Part shown: positions 9,584 to 18,179 of the stretch, piece after piece
How positions within the stretch are numbered: position 1 is the first letter of the stretch
How the letters are laid out: the number at the start of each line of letters is the position of its first letter
From: an uncultured delta proteobacterium
GTDB lineage: Bacteria > Desulfobacterota > Desulfobaccia > Desulfobaccales > 0-14-0-80-60-11
Reading direction: 5' to 3'
NCBI GenBank assembly: GCA_963848565.1
Contig: CAWKEQ010000027.1
Span: forward strand, 16,323 to 80,322
DNA: 64,000 nt
Translations under genes and position numbers: made by a program
Notes under the pieces: generated by a model
Told to the model about the DNA's origin: nothing
Database searches by the model: none
Seen by the model: the letters and a program-made list of their open reading frames with translations, nothing else

Positions 9584-9601
9584 TTAAATTTAACAATAAA
9601 G

Positions 9602-10840
9602 TTAAAGTTTATTATCTAGTTCCTTTCTTTTTACAATTTTTTTCGATGCATGAAGCCATATATACAATCTTACCATCCTATGATTAAAAATATATTCTCC
9701 TGGAACGTCACCCGAACGGAGAACTTTTAGTTTCTTCATTCTTTGAAGAAAATTATTTAATTTTCGTTTTTCGGTGTCACTAAGTCCATCTGCCATTTCA
9801 GATTTTCTAAACATCAAAGAACTTGGGCTTCCCATTTTGGCAATCTTGTCAAGGATGGAATGATAATCCTCACTTCTTAAAGCCTTATATACCTGGTGAT
9901 CGACATATTTTTTCCCAACATCATCCGCAGCATCTAATACTGCATCAAGAGCATCATTTACATCAATAATGCTATCTCTATCAATCCAATATGCTGCATC
10001 CCCAATCAAGTGCATTATTTTTGGAAACCCAGCGGATAAAAGCGTAAGTACCGGTAGTGCATCATGTTCAACAGTCATTTGCACCGATTCAAAAGCCCTT
10101 TTAAAGAACTCTTCCATCTCTTCGTCTGACATCGTCTCAATATTAATAATATCAAAATATCTTTCTATCGGTTGATGCTTTTGTATCATTTCTCGACGAC
10201 GCTCTTCCACCCCGCACAACATTAATAGTAAGGGGAACGGTTTTTTTGAAAGAGCGTTTGTATCAACCAATCCTTTAATAAAATGAGAAAACTGTGGGTC
10301 CACGGTAATTCCATTAATCTCATCCAGAATTAAAAAAATACCCTTTACTCCTAAATCTTCAAGACGCTTTTTAGTTTCAGTAAGAAAACCTAACATGCCG
10401 AAAGGACTAGAAATATTTGGGGCATCATTTTTTAATGCTTCGGCATTCACTGTAAAGCCGAAAAGTTGCTGTTTGCCGATATATTTTGCAAGCCAATTTC
10501 GGATATGCTCAGATTTTTTTGGATCAAAAGCTCCCGATCGCAAGGTTGCCTCCAAAACAACTTTTGCAACGTCTACAATATCCTTTGCACCTCCAAGCGT
10601 GGCATAAATCCCGTGGAGCCCATAATCTTTTTCTGCCAATGACTGGGTGAATCCAGCGATTGAACTCTTACCAATGCCATATTCACCTTGAACATATATG
10701 CAAACAGGTTTCCCCTCAGCCACTTGTCGAACGCCGCGGTTTATTATCTTATCAATTTGAGCAGCCCGGCCTACAAATAGCTCAACGGGAACCGGTTGCC
10801 CCGGATAAAAAGGACTTTTCCCTTTGGTAAACTCTTCCAT
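9602..10840 (-). CDS. Orphan P-loop NTPase (AAA+/Orc1-Cdc6/STAND-like ATPase_2 type) with C-terminal winged-helix-like tail
   Basis: FVGR...Walker A QGEYGIGKSS, Walker B IFLILDEINGI, basic C-terminus (KRKLNNFLQRMKKLKVLRSG). Good SD (aagagg). The gene is markedly AT-rich compared with its flanks. Confidence 0.7.
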   Translation of the reverse strand: MEEFTKGKSPFYPGQPVPVELFVGRAAQIDKIINRGVRQVAEGKPVCIYVQGEYGIGKSSIAGFTQSLAEKDYGLHGIYATLGGAKDIVDVAKVVLEATLRSGAFDPKKSEHIRNWLAKYIGKQQLFGFTVNAEALKNDAPNISSPFGMLGFLTETKKRLEDLGVKGIFLILDEINGITVDPQFSHFIKGLVDTNALSKKPFPLLLMLCGVEERRREMIQKHQPIERYFDIINIETMSDEEMEEFFKRAFESVQMTVEHDALPVLTLLSAGFPKIMHLIGDAAYWIDRDSIIDVNDALDAVLDAADDVGKKYVDHQVYKALRSEDYHSILDKIAKMGSPSSLMFRKSEMADGLSDTEKRKLNNFLQRMKKLKVLRSGDVPGEYIFNHRMVRLYIWLHASKKIVKRKELDNKL

Positions 10841-10867
10841 AATGACCTCTTAATTTAATTACTGACT

Positions 10868-10930
10868 ATGTTGCCTATCCGGGATTTCGTGGCCTGGATA
10901 AACTCGGGGCCTTGGACTTGCCCAAAAGAT
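10868..10930 (-). pseudogene. Decayed duplicate of the 3' end of the formyltransferase gene at 12054..12992
   Basis: The minus strand reads LLGKSKAP(1-nt indel)EFIQATKSRIGN, versus DLGKVKAPEFIEAKKPRPGD at 12090-12149. The nucleotide alignment is about 48 nt with a few mismatches and one gap. Confidence 0.7.
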
Positions 10931-10936
10931 GATAGG

Positions 10937-11401
10937 TTATTTCTTAACGGCCCTCACCCGCTCTTCCCATTCCGCGTATTTGGGGAAAAAGAAGTAGAAA
11001 TACCCCAGGGAAATCGCCATAAAGATATAGAAATCCACCGTGTTGCCGGCCAGCAAAAAGAGGACCAGGCCCAGGATCGCCACCGTTTCGCACAGGGCCA
11101 AGGTGATGACGGCCGCCTGGCTCAGGTTGTCCGCCGACCGGGTTGGCAGGATTTTCTGTACGGCCTTGATGATCCCAAACTGGGCCGCGGCGAGGGCCAG
11201 AAAGACATACTTGATGAAGCCGGCGGTGCGGGGGTCAAGTTTGGCAAAGCCGGCGAAGGGGGCCCACTGCCACTTGATGAGCTCCACCACCCCGGCATAG
11301 ACAAAGACCGCGGCGATCATGGCCAGGCCGATGAAGTTGACGGCCAGGTAGCGCGCCTTCAGGGTGGTGAGGGACCGGGCCAGGTCCTGCCTCCGGCTCA
11401 T
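10937..11401 (-). CDS. Small integral membrane protein (about 4 TM), function unknown
   Basis: Hydrophobic segments AVNFIGLAMIAAVFVYAGVV, FIKYVFLALAAAQFGII, AAVITLALCETVAILGLVLFLLA and FYIFMAISLGYFYFFF. Lies 32 nt after the preceding gene. Confidence 0.6.
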   Translation of the reverse strand: MSRRQDLARSLTTLKARYLAVNFIGLAMIAAVFVYAGVVELIKWQWAPFAGFAKLDPRTAGFIKYVFLALAAAQFGIIKAVQKILPTRSADNLSQAAVITLALCETVAILGLVLFLLAGNTVDFYIFMAISLGYFYFFFPKYAEWEERVRAVKK

Positions 11402-11433
11402 GTGGGGTACCTTTCTTTAAGCGTTGCGGCCTG

Positions 11434-11955
11434 CTATCTTTCCGGCGAGTTCAGCATGCTCTTGAGCATGCCGGCGATAAACTTGCTGTCCTCGGCATTC
11501 ATCGAGGTCATGGCCTCTTCAAACCGGGCCACCCGCTCCCGGTCTTCGAGATAGTGGGCCACGGCATCGGCCAGCTTAATGGCGTCTTCCAACACGCCGT
11601 GGACTTCCACCAGTTCCTGGACCGAGCCGGTCCGGGACTCCCAGGCGGTGATGACGTCCATGAGCCGCCGGTACTCCTGGAGCCAGTCCTGGAAGTTATT
11701 TTCGCTTTTCACGTACCCTTCGGCGTCCCCCACCACCCACAGTTTGACCGTCTGTTTTTCATCTTCGGTCAGCGGCTGATTATTTTCCAGCTTGCCGATG
11801 ACGGCCGCGACCGCGCCGGCGGTGGCCTGTTCTATGGCCTGGCGGACTTTGTCCTTGCTTTTGACCAATTCGGTGGCCACGAAACCGTAGGATTCAGAGG
11901 TGTTGTCGGCCTGGGCTTGCTTCATGGCCTGGGACATGCCGTTGAGGTATTCCAT
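11434..11955 (-). CDS. Hypothetical soluble helical protein (173 aa)
   Basis: ATG preceded by ggagga. High-GC codon usage consistent with the host. I recognise no motif. Confidence 0.6.
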   Translation of the reverse strand: MEYLNGMSQAMKQAQADNTSESYGFVATELVKSKDKVRQAIEQATAGAVAAVIGKLENNQPLTEDEKQTVKLWVVGDAEGYVKSENNFQDWLQEYRRLMDVITAWESRTGSVQELVEVHGVLEDAIKLADAVAHYLEDRERVARFEEAMTSMNAEDSKFIAGMLKSMLNSPER

Positions 11956-12053
11956 GTTCTCCTCCGGAGGGAAATCAGCTTGTGGTTAACGTATCATCCG
12001 GCCCGGGACCGGAGTGGCGATCTGGTTCACGGCGTCCCTGGGGAGGCCGGTCT

Positions 12054-12992
12054 TCAGCAGCACCGCGTGATGGCGGGGACTCCGAAGCGGTCGCCGGGGC
12101 GGGGTTTCTTGGCCTCGATAAACTCCGGGGCCTTGACCTTGCCCAGGTCCTTGGTGCGAAAGCGGGTGATAAAGAGGGCGGCCCCGGCGACGGCCACCTT
12201 GATGCCCTTGTCCGTGACTTCCAGGATCTCCCCGGGCTTGACGGTGTGGTCGTCCATGAGAAAGGAGGCGTTATAGAGCTTTACCTGCTCCCCCTTGAAG
12301 GTGGTGGTGGCGCCGGGTTGGGGATCGCAGCCCCGGATGAAGTTGAACACCTGGCGGGCCGGCTGGTTCCAGTTGAGGGCGGCCACCTTCTCGTCGCACG
12401 GGGGGTCGTAGGTGGCCAGGGAGTGGTCCTGGGGAATCCGGGGAGCCTTCCCCTGGGCCACGAGAGCCACCGCTTCCAGGCAGGCTTCCACCCCCAGGGC
12501 ATAGAGCTTGTTGAAATACAGTTCCCCGGTGGTTTCGTTGGGGCCGATCTCCACCTTCTTCTGGAGAAGGATGTCCCCGGTGTCGATGCCTTCATCCACC
12601 CAGAAAATGGTCAGCCCGGTTTCCCGCTCGCCGTTGATCACGGCCCAGTTGATGGCCGAGGCGCCGCGGTATCTGGGAAGGATAGAGGGGTGATAGCAGA
12701 TGGACCCGAGTTTGGGGACGGCCAGGACTTTGCCGGGCACAATGTCGGTGACGAAGGCCAGGACCGCCAGGTCGGGGTTGAGGGCCGCCATCTGGTCAAA
12801 GGCCTGGGGGTCCTTCATGCGGGGCGGCTGATAAACCGGGATGCTGGCCGCCAGGGCCGCGTCCTTGAGGGGGTCGAGTCTACTGCCCCGGTCCGGGGGG
12901 CAGAAGACGCCCACGACTTCCTGCCCCTGGTTGATTAATCCTTTCAGGACGTCCGCACCAAAGGCCGCCTGGCCGATCAAGGCGATGCGCAT
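12054..12992 (-). CDS. Formyltransferase resembling the N-terminal hydrolase domain of 10-formyltetrahydrofolate dehydrogenase (not a typical Fmt)
   Basis: MRIALIGQAAFGADV..., YHPSILPRYRGASAINWAVINGE..GLTIFWVDEGIDTGDILLQK, AQGKAPRIPQ, NWNQPA. From memory, this pattern matches the FDH N-domain more closely than Fmt. Confidence 0.75.
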   Translation of the reverse strand: MRIALIGQAAFGADVLKGLINQGQEVVGVFCPPDRGSRLDPLKDAALAASIPVYQPPRMKDPQAFDQMAALNPDLAVLAFVTDIVPGKVLAVPKLGSICYHPSILPRYRGASAINWAVINGERETGLTIFWVDEGIDTGDILLQKKVEIGPNETTGELYFNKLYALGVEACLEAVALVAQGKAPRIPQDHSLATYDPPCDEKVAALNWNQPARQVFNFIRGCDPQPGATTTFKGEQVKLYNASFLMDDHTVKPGEILEVTDKGIKVAVAGAALFITRFRTKDLGKVKAPEFIEAKKPRPGDRFGVPAITRCC

Positions 12993-13202
12993 AAGGCCCT
13001 CCTTTTGGTTGGGAAACAGGCGGGGAAGGCTCGGAGCCAGGCTGGATTACTGCCGGCCCCGCACCCGCGCCCACCCGGTTATTGAAGCTGGCCGGGCGAT
13101 GGCGGGAAAGCAAACAGCCCGGGCCAGATCGTCACCTCAGGGGTAAAGCGGTCTTTGGCGGAAGGGCAGGGGGGGCGCCCCTGCCTGCCTCCACCGGCGG
13201 AC

Positions 13203-13394
13203 TTAATGATGGTGTTCGTCAGGTTTTTTTGCCGGCTCCAGGGTGGAGGCGTAAAAGGCGATGCCGCAGGCCGCCAGGATGGCGACCACGGCCACCGGGG
13301 CGCTATGCCCCCAAATGGCGACTCCCAGGCAGGCAAACACCAGGAGCATCAGGTAAGCCTGCTTTTTCCGATACGATTGATCCTGTTCAGCCAT
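13203..13394 (-). CDS. Small 2-TM membrane protein (63 aa) with His-rich C-terminus
   Basis: ATG at 13394 preceded by a perfect aggagg. Sequence MAEQDQSYRKKQAYLMLLVFACLGVAIWG...VAVVAILAACGIAFY...DEHHH. Confidence 0.5.
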   Translation of the reverse strand: MAEQDQSYRKKQAYLMLLVFACLGVAIWGHSAPVAVVAILAACGIAFYASTLEPAKKPDEHHH

Positions 13395-13490
13395 GTCTAA
13401 CCTCCTAAAAATATGGCAAAAACTCAGCCGGTTGGTCAATTCCATGCAGTGAAGCGGGGCGCCGGGCGCACCCGGCATTAACTCCAGCCA

Positions 13491-14894
13491 CTACGAGTCC
13501 TGCTGTTCCGCAAATTCAATGCCGCGGCTAATCCGTCGCAAGGCTTCCTCCCGGCCCAGGATATGGATGATTTCATAGAGGCCGGGACTGGCGGTCTTGC
13601 CCGTCAGGGCCACCCGCACCGGCTGGGCCAGATTGACCATCTTCTGCCCGGTGGCCTGGGCCAGGTCGGTGAACAATTGATTGATGGCTGCCTCCGTCGG
13701 TTCGGGCAGACTGGCCAGGCGGGCCGCAATCTCTTTCAGGACGGGACCGGCGGCCGGGGTGAGGAATTTCGCCGCGGCCTTCTCATCGTAGGGACGGGGG
13801 TCGAGGAAATAGAAGCGGGCGGCTGCCGCCATCTCCACCAGGGTTTTGCACCGGGCGCTCAGGGTGGGCACTACCCGGGCCAGATAAGCCTGATCCGGGT
13901 CGGTGATCCCCTGGGCGGCCAGAAAGGGGGTCAGCTCCCTGGCCAACTCCGCCGGCGGCATCTCTTTGAAATAGTGGCTGTTGAGCCACAAGAGCTTTTC
14001 CTCGTCAAAGACCCCCGGTGATTTGGTCACGTGTTTCAGATCAAAGAATTTAATCAGCTCTTCCCGGGAGAAGATCTCCTGGTCGCCATGGGACCAGCCC
14101 AGCCGGGCCAGGTAGTTGTTCAGGGCCTGGGACAGAAAGCCTTGCTCCCGGTAGGCCAAGGCGGGCAGGGCGCCGTGGCGCTTGGAGAGCTTGGCCCGGT
14201 CTTGGCCCAGCATCAGGGGCATGTGGGCGAACCGCGGCGGGGTGACTCCCAGGGCCTCATAGATGAGGAGCTGCCTGGGGGTGTTGGGGATGTGGTCTTC
14301 CCCCCGGATGACGTGGGTGACCGCCATGGTGATGTCATCCACCACCACCGCAAAATTATAGGTGGGAATGCCGTCGGCCCGCTGGAGCACCAAGTCGTCG
14401 AGTTCCTGGTTGTCGAAGGCGATGGGCCCTTTAATTTGGTCGTCCCAGTGGGTGACGCCGGTATGATGAGTCTTGAAGCGCACCGCGGTATCCGGCGCGG
14501 CCGGGAGGTTAAGCTCCCGGCAGTGGCCGTCATATTTGGGTTTCTCACCCCGGGCCATGGCGGCCTGCCGGGCCTTGGCATCCTGGGGCGGGCAGTTGCA
14601 GTAATAAGCTGCGCCGCTAGCCAAGAGGCGGTTGATGTAGTCCTGATAGATGGGCAGGCGTTCCATCTGGCGATAGGGGCCTTCATCCCAGTCCAGGCCC
14701 ATCCAGGTCATGGCCTCCAGAATCCCGGTGACGAAACTTTCCTGGGAGCGCTCCTGGTCGGTGTCCTCGATCCGGAGGATGAAGGTCCCCTGATAATGCC
14801 GGGCGATGAGCCAATTGAACAGCGCCGTGTGGGCGCCGCCCAGGTGGAGGGCGCCGGTGGGGCTGGGGGAAAATCGGGTGCGCACTTCTGACAT
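13491..14894 (-). CDS. gltX: Glutamate--tRNA ligase
   Basis: HIGH-type motif (SPSPTGALHLGGAHTALFN), KLSKRHG (KMSKS) and a class I catalytic core; 467 aa. Confidence 0.95.
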   Translation of the reverse strand: MSEVRTRFSPSPTGALHLGGAHTALFNWLIARHYQGTFILRIEDTDQERSQESFVTGILEAMTWMGLDWDEGPYRQMERLPIYQDYINRLLASGAAYYCNCPPQDAKARQAAMARGEKPKYDGHCRELNLPAAPDTAVRFKTHHTGVTHWDDQIKGPIAFDNQELDDLVLQRADGIPTYNFAVVVDDITMAVTHVIRGEDHIPNTPRQLLIYEALGVTPPRFAHMPLMLGQDRAKLSKRHGALPALAYREQGFLSQALNNYLARLGWSHGDQEIFSREELIKFFDLKHVTKSPGVFDEEKLLWLNSHYFKEMPPAELARELTPFLAAQGITDPDQAYLARVVPTLSARCKTLVEMAAAARFYFLDPRPYDEKAAAKFLTPAAGPVLKEIAARLASLPEPTEAAINQLFTDLAQATGQKMVNLAQPVRVALTGKTASPGLYEIIHILGREEALRRISRGIEFAEQQDS

Positions 14895-15096
14895 GTTACC
14901 TTCCTTTCAGACTAGGGGATTTTTTACCATAATTTTGCGGCCATGGCCAGGGAAATTCCCCGGCGGAAATATCTTGCGGAGGAGGCTGTAATGGTATTTT
15001 ATTGAACATAAGTGATAAAAAAGACTATAAGTCATTGCAAAACCGATTTTAAGCGTCATGTTGCCCCAACCAGAGGAGCTTAGCCGGGAAAGAATC

Positions 15097-15178
15097 ACCC
15101 CCTTTTTCTAAAGGGGGGCAGGGGGGATTAAATAAGCGCCTGATAATCCCTCTAAATCCCCCTTTAAACAAGGGGGAC
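15097..15178. repeat. Copy of the C-run/G-run hairpin repeat family
   Basis: Two hairpins: cccccttttt-ctaaa-gggggg and tccccctttaaacaaggggga. Related to the elements at 41522, 42569 and 48305. Confidence 0.7.
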
Positions 15179-15286
15179 TTAAAACCTCTGGCCCTAACCT
15201 TTCCCCGGTTGAGGGAACAGATTTACTGCCTGAGACAGGTTTTGCCATAGGTTCTCATGTATTTTTGAAGCACAGGAAGAGGCACG

Positions 15287-15529
15287 ATGCCAGTGAAAAA
15301 CCAAAGAGAGCCGGTTCGTCAAAAGAGCGGCTGTAGCCGCGAGTCCGGGGCAGTTGTCACGGGACCGGCCGGGACCTGCGTCGGTTTGGCCTGCGGACAT
15401 CAGGTTAACCACGAACCGGGAGTGCCCGGCTATGAAGTCAAGTGTCCCCGGTGCGGCGGCGCCAGGAGCCGGGGCAATGGTGAAGGATTCTATGAAATCC
15501 AGGCGTTGACCGGAGCCTGCCGCTCTTAG
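15287..15529 (+). CDS. Possible small Cys-rich (zinc-ribbon-like) protein, 80 aa
   Basis: ATG preceded by ggaagagg. Cys pattern C..C....C and KCPRCGG. It is the only plausible ORF in an 850-nt gap. Weak support. Confidence 0.25.
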   Translation: MPVKNQREPVRQKSGCSRESGAVVTGPAGTCVGLACGHQVNHEPGVPGYEVKCPRCGGARSRGNGEGFYEIQALTGACRS

Positions 15530-15739
15530 CCGCCATACGCCCGGCTGCAGGAGGGTTGGCGCGGCCCTCCGCCGACCCCTCCGGGCCATGGGCCATGCGG
15601 CTCCGCTGAAAGCCATTAACCACCGGTATCTGCGCCCTCCGGAGAAATCGAATTGCTACCACCGGCGAAAACTGCTAAAAAGTATGAGGTTGGGCTCAAA
15701 CGGTTGCGCCGCCTCCAAAATTTCGCTCCGGAAGTGTCG

Positions 15740-16837
15740 ATGCCTAAAAAACCACCGCCATCTGAGCCGAGGGATCATGATTGGTCTTTCTTTTTGATCC
15801 AGAATACCCCGGGCGCGGTAATCACTGCGGACCAGGAGGGGCGGGTCACTGAATGGAACCGGGCGGCGGAGAAATTGACCGGCTTTAGCCGCAGCGAGGC
15901 CATGGGCCGCCCGGCTGAGGAAGTCGTGCGCCTGCGGGGAGACGACGTCAGCACCTGGAAACAGGTGTTGCAGGGGCGAAGAGAGATCACGGAGGAAGTC
16001 CTCCTGTCCAACCGTTCGGGTCAGGAGGTGCCGGTGATGGTCAGTTCCTTCGCCCTCCGGGACGATGCCGGCACCCCCCAGGGCGGGGCCATCATCATTC
16101 GGGACCTGACCCCGGTAAAACGCCTGGAGACCGAGCGCCGCCACCTGATCAACATGTTCGCCCATGACTTGAAAACCCCGGTGGTGGGGATCGCCGGGCT
16201 GATCCGGCGCCTCATCCAGGGGAAGCTGGGTCCGGTGGCCACCCGGCAAATGGCTTATCTCCAGACCGTTGACCACGAGTTGGGCCGCCTGGAAACGCTC
16301 ATAACCCGGTTTCTGGAATTCGCCCGCCTGGACCTGCGCATTATGACCCCGCAGCCCCAGGTCCTGAATGTACGGGAAGAGTGCCGGCAAGTCTTGGCCC
16401 TGCTGCAACCGCTGGCGGAGGCCAAAGAGATTAGTCTGAAAACCGATTTTCCCCCGGAGGTGCCCGGCCTTAAAGCCGATCCGCTCCTATTCCGGCGGGT
16501 TTTGCAAAACTTGTTGGAGAATGCCGTCAAGTTCAGCCCCGTTGGCGGTAAGGTGAGGCTGGAGGTCCGGGTGGAGGAGCCGGCCATCCAGTTCGCGGTT
16601 TACGACCAGGGGCCGGGGATCGCCGCATCTGATCTGGCCCATCTCTTCGAAATCTTCTACCGGGGGCAGCGAGAGGGGGATACCCAGGGCTTTGGACTGG
16701 GGCTGGCCACGGTCAAGCGGATCATCGACGCCCACGGCGGCCGCATCTGGGTGGACACGGCCCCCGGCCGCGGCGCCACCTTCTGGTTTACCTTTCCTCT
16801 GGAAGCGAAAGTTCCCGAAGAGCCGGCCCGAGCTTGA
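15740..16837 (+). CDS. PAS-domain sensor histidine kinase
   Basis: PAS (ITADQEGRVTEWNRAAEKLTGF), H-box FAHDLKTPV, N/G boxes (LLENAVKFS, DQGPGI, GFGLGLA). Confidence 0.9.
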   Translation: MPKKPPPSEPRDHDWSFFLIQNTPGAVITADQEGRVTEWNRAAEKLTGFSRSEAMGRPAEEVVRLRGDDVSTWKQVLQGRREITEEVLLSNRSGQEVPVMVSSFALRDDAGTPQGGAIIIRDLTPVKRLETERRHLINMFAHDLKTPVVGIAGLIRRLIQGKLGPVATRQMAYLQTVDHELGRLETLITRFLEFARLDLRIMTPQPQVLNVREECRQVLALLQPLAEAKEISLKTDFPPEVPGLKADPLLFRRVLQNLLENAVKFSPVGGKVRLEVRVEEPAIQFAVYDQGPGIAASDLAHLFEIFYRGQREGDTQGFGLGLATVKRIIDAHGGRIWVDTAPGRGATFWFTFPLEAKVPEEPARA

Positions 16838-16894
16838 CCGGTGTAGTTGCCCGGTGGCGTAGGGGGTAAGGCCGGAGCCTTTCTGAGTGAGTCG

Positions 16895-18130
16895 ATGGAA
16901 CCCAAAATCATCATCAACATCATCCTGATTTTGCTGGTGGCGTGGCTGCTGGGTGATCTGTTTCAGCGCCTGCGCCTGCCCCGGTTGTTGGGGGAGCTGG
17001 TGGCGGGCCTGATTTTGGGGCCGCCTCTCCTGGGGTGGGTCCAGCCCCGGGAAGCCTTAACGGTATTGTCGGACCTGGGCATCTTCTTCCTGATGTTTTA
17101 TTCCGGCATGGAGATGGACCCCCGGGAACTTCTGGAACACTTCTGGATTTGCCTGGCGGTGGCGGTGGGGGGCTTTGTCCTGCCCTTTGCAGCGGGATAC
17201 GGGGTGGCGGTGCTCTTCGGCGCCACCACTTTTCAGGCCCTCTTCATGGCCATGGGATTGTCGGTAACGGCCCTGGCGGTACAGGCCCGGGTGCTCCAGG
17301 ACATGGAGATTCAACACTCCAAGGTGGGCCATATCATCATCGGGGCCGCCATCGTCGACGACATTCTGGCCCTCATCGCGTTTTCGGTGCTCACCGGCCT
17401 GGCCAAGACCGGGCAGGTGGACCCCGTCGATATCGGCATTTTGCTTCTCGAGGTGGGGGCTTTCTTCGGCGGCACCATCCTGGCGGGCCAGTTTGTGCTG
17501 CCCCACCTGACCCGGCGCCTCAAAGACCGGGAAGCCAAGGGGTTTACCTTCGCCCTGCTGGCGGCGCTGATCATGGGTTACCTGGCCGAGGCGGTGGGCC
17601 TGCATCTTATTATCGGGGCTTTTCTCGCCGGTCAGTTTGTGCGCAAAGAAGTTATCGAGCCCGACCTGTACCAGCGGTTGCACGACCGATTCTTCAACAT
17701 CATCTACGGCTTTTTGGGCCCGATCTTCTTTGTCAGCCTGTCGTTTTTCGTGGACCTGGCCTTGCCGCGCCAGGACTGGGGCTTCCTGGTGGCCGTGGTG
17801 GCGGTGGCGGTGGTTGGGAAGGTGGTGGGCTGCGGCCTGCCGGTGCTGCTTTTCTGGCGGGATTGGCGGGAAGCGCTGGTCATCGGGCTGGGCATGAACG
17901 GCCGGGGCGCGGTGGAACTCATCGTGGCCAAATCAGTCTTGCTTCTGAGCATCCCGCTTTTGGCCCAGGGAGTGATACAACACCCTTTGCTGACCGATTC
18001 TCAATTCACCATCCTCGTCCTCATGGCCTTTATCACTACGCTCATCGCGCCGGTATCGCTGCGTCTGGCAGTGCCGCGGGTCTGCGCCGACACCGACCGG
18101 GATTTTTGTCATCTCTGGCGCAACCACTGA
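16895..18130 (+). CDS. Cation:proton antiporter (CPA2/Kef-NapA type)
   Basis: About 12 TM, N-terminus LLVAWLLGDLFQRLRLPRLLGELVAGLILGP, GLHLIIGAFLAG motif. ATG at 16895. Confidence 0.85.
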   Translation: MEPKIIINIILILLVAWLLGDLFQRLRLPRLLGELVAGLILGPPLLGWVQPREALTVLSDLGIFFLMFYSGMEMDPRELLEHFWICLAVAVGGFVLPFAAGYGVAVLFGATTFQALFMAMGLSVTALAVQARVLQDMEIQHSKVGHIIIGAAIVDDILALIAFSVLTGLAKTGQVDPVDIGILLLEVGAFFGGTILAGQFVLPHLTRRLKDREAKGFTFALLAALIMGYLAEAVGLHLIIGAFLAGQFVRKEVIEPDLYQRLHDRFFNIIYGFLGPIFFVSLSFFVDLALPRQDWGFLVAVVAVAVVGKVVGCGLPVLLFWRDWREALVIGLGMNGRGAVELIVAKSVLLLSIPLLAQGVIQHPLLTDSQFTILVLMAFITTLIAPVSLRLAVPRVCADTDRDFCHLWRNH

Positions 18131-18179
18131 GAAGGCGTTGTCTGGGGCCGCTCCCGGGCCCACGTGCGAACGGCCCGGC

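Noticed and set aside
9584-10862. Terminal inverted repeats at the ends of the AT-rich ATPase island (ttaaatttaa versus cttaatttaat)
   Set aside because: The matches are short and made of A/T-only low-complexity sequence, so they are expected by chance in AT-rich DNA.
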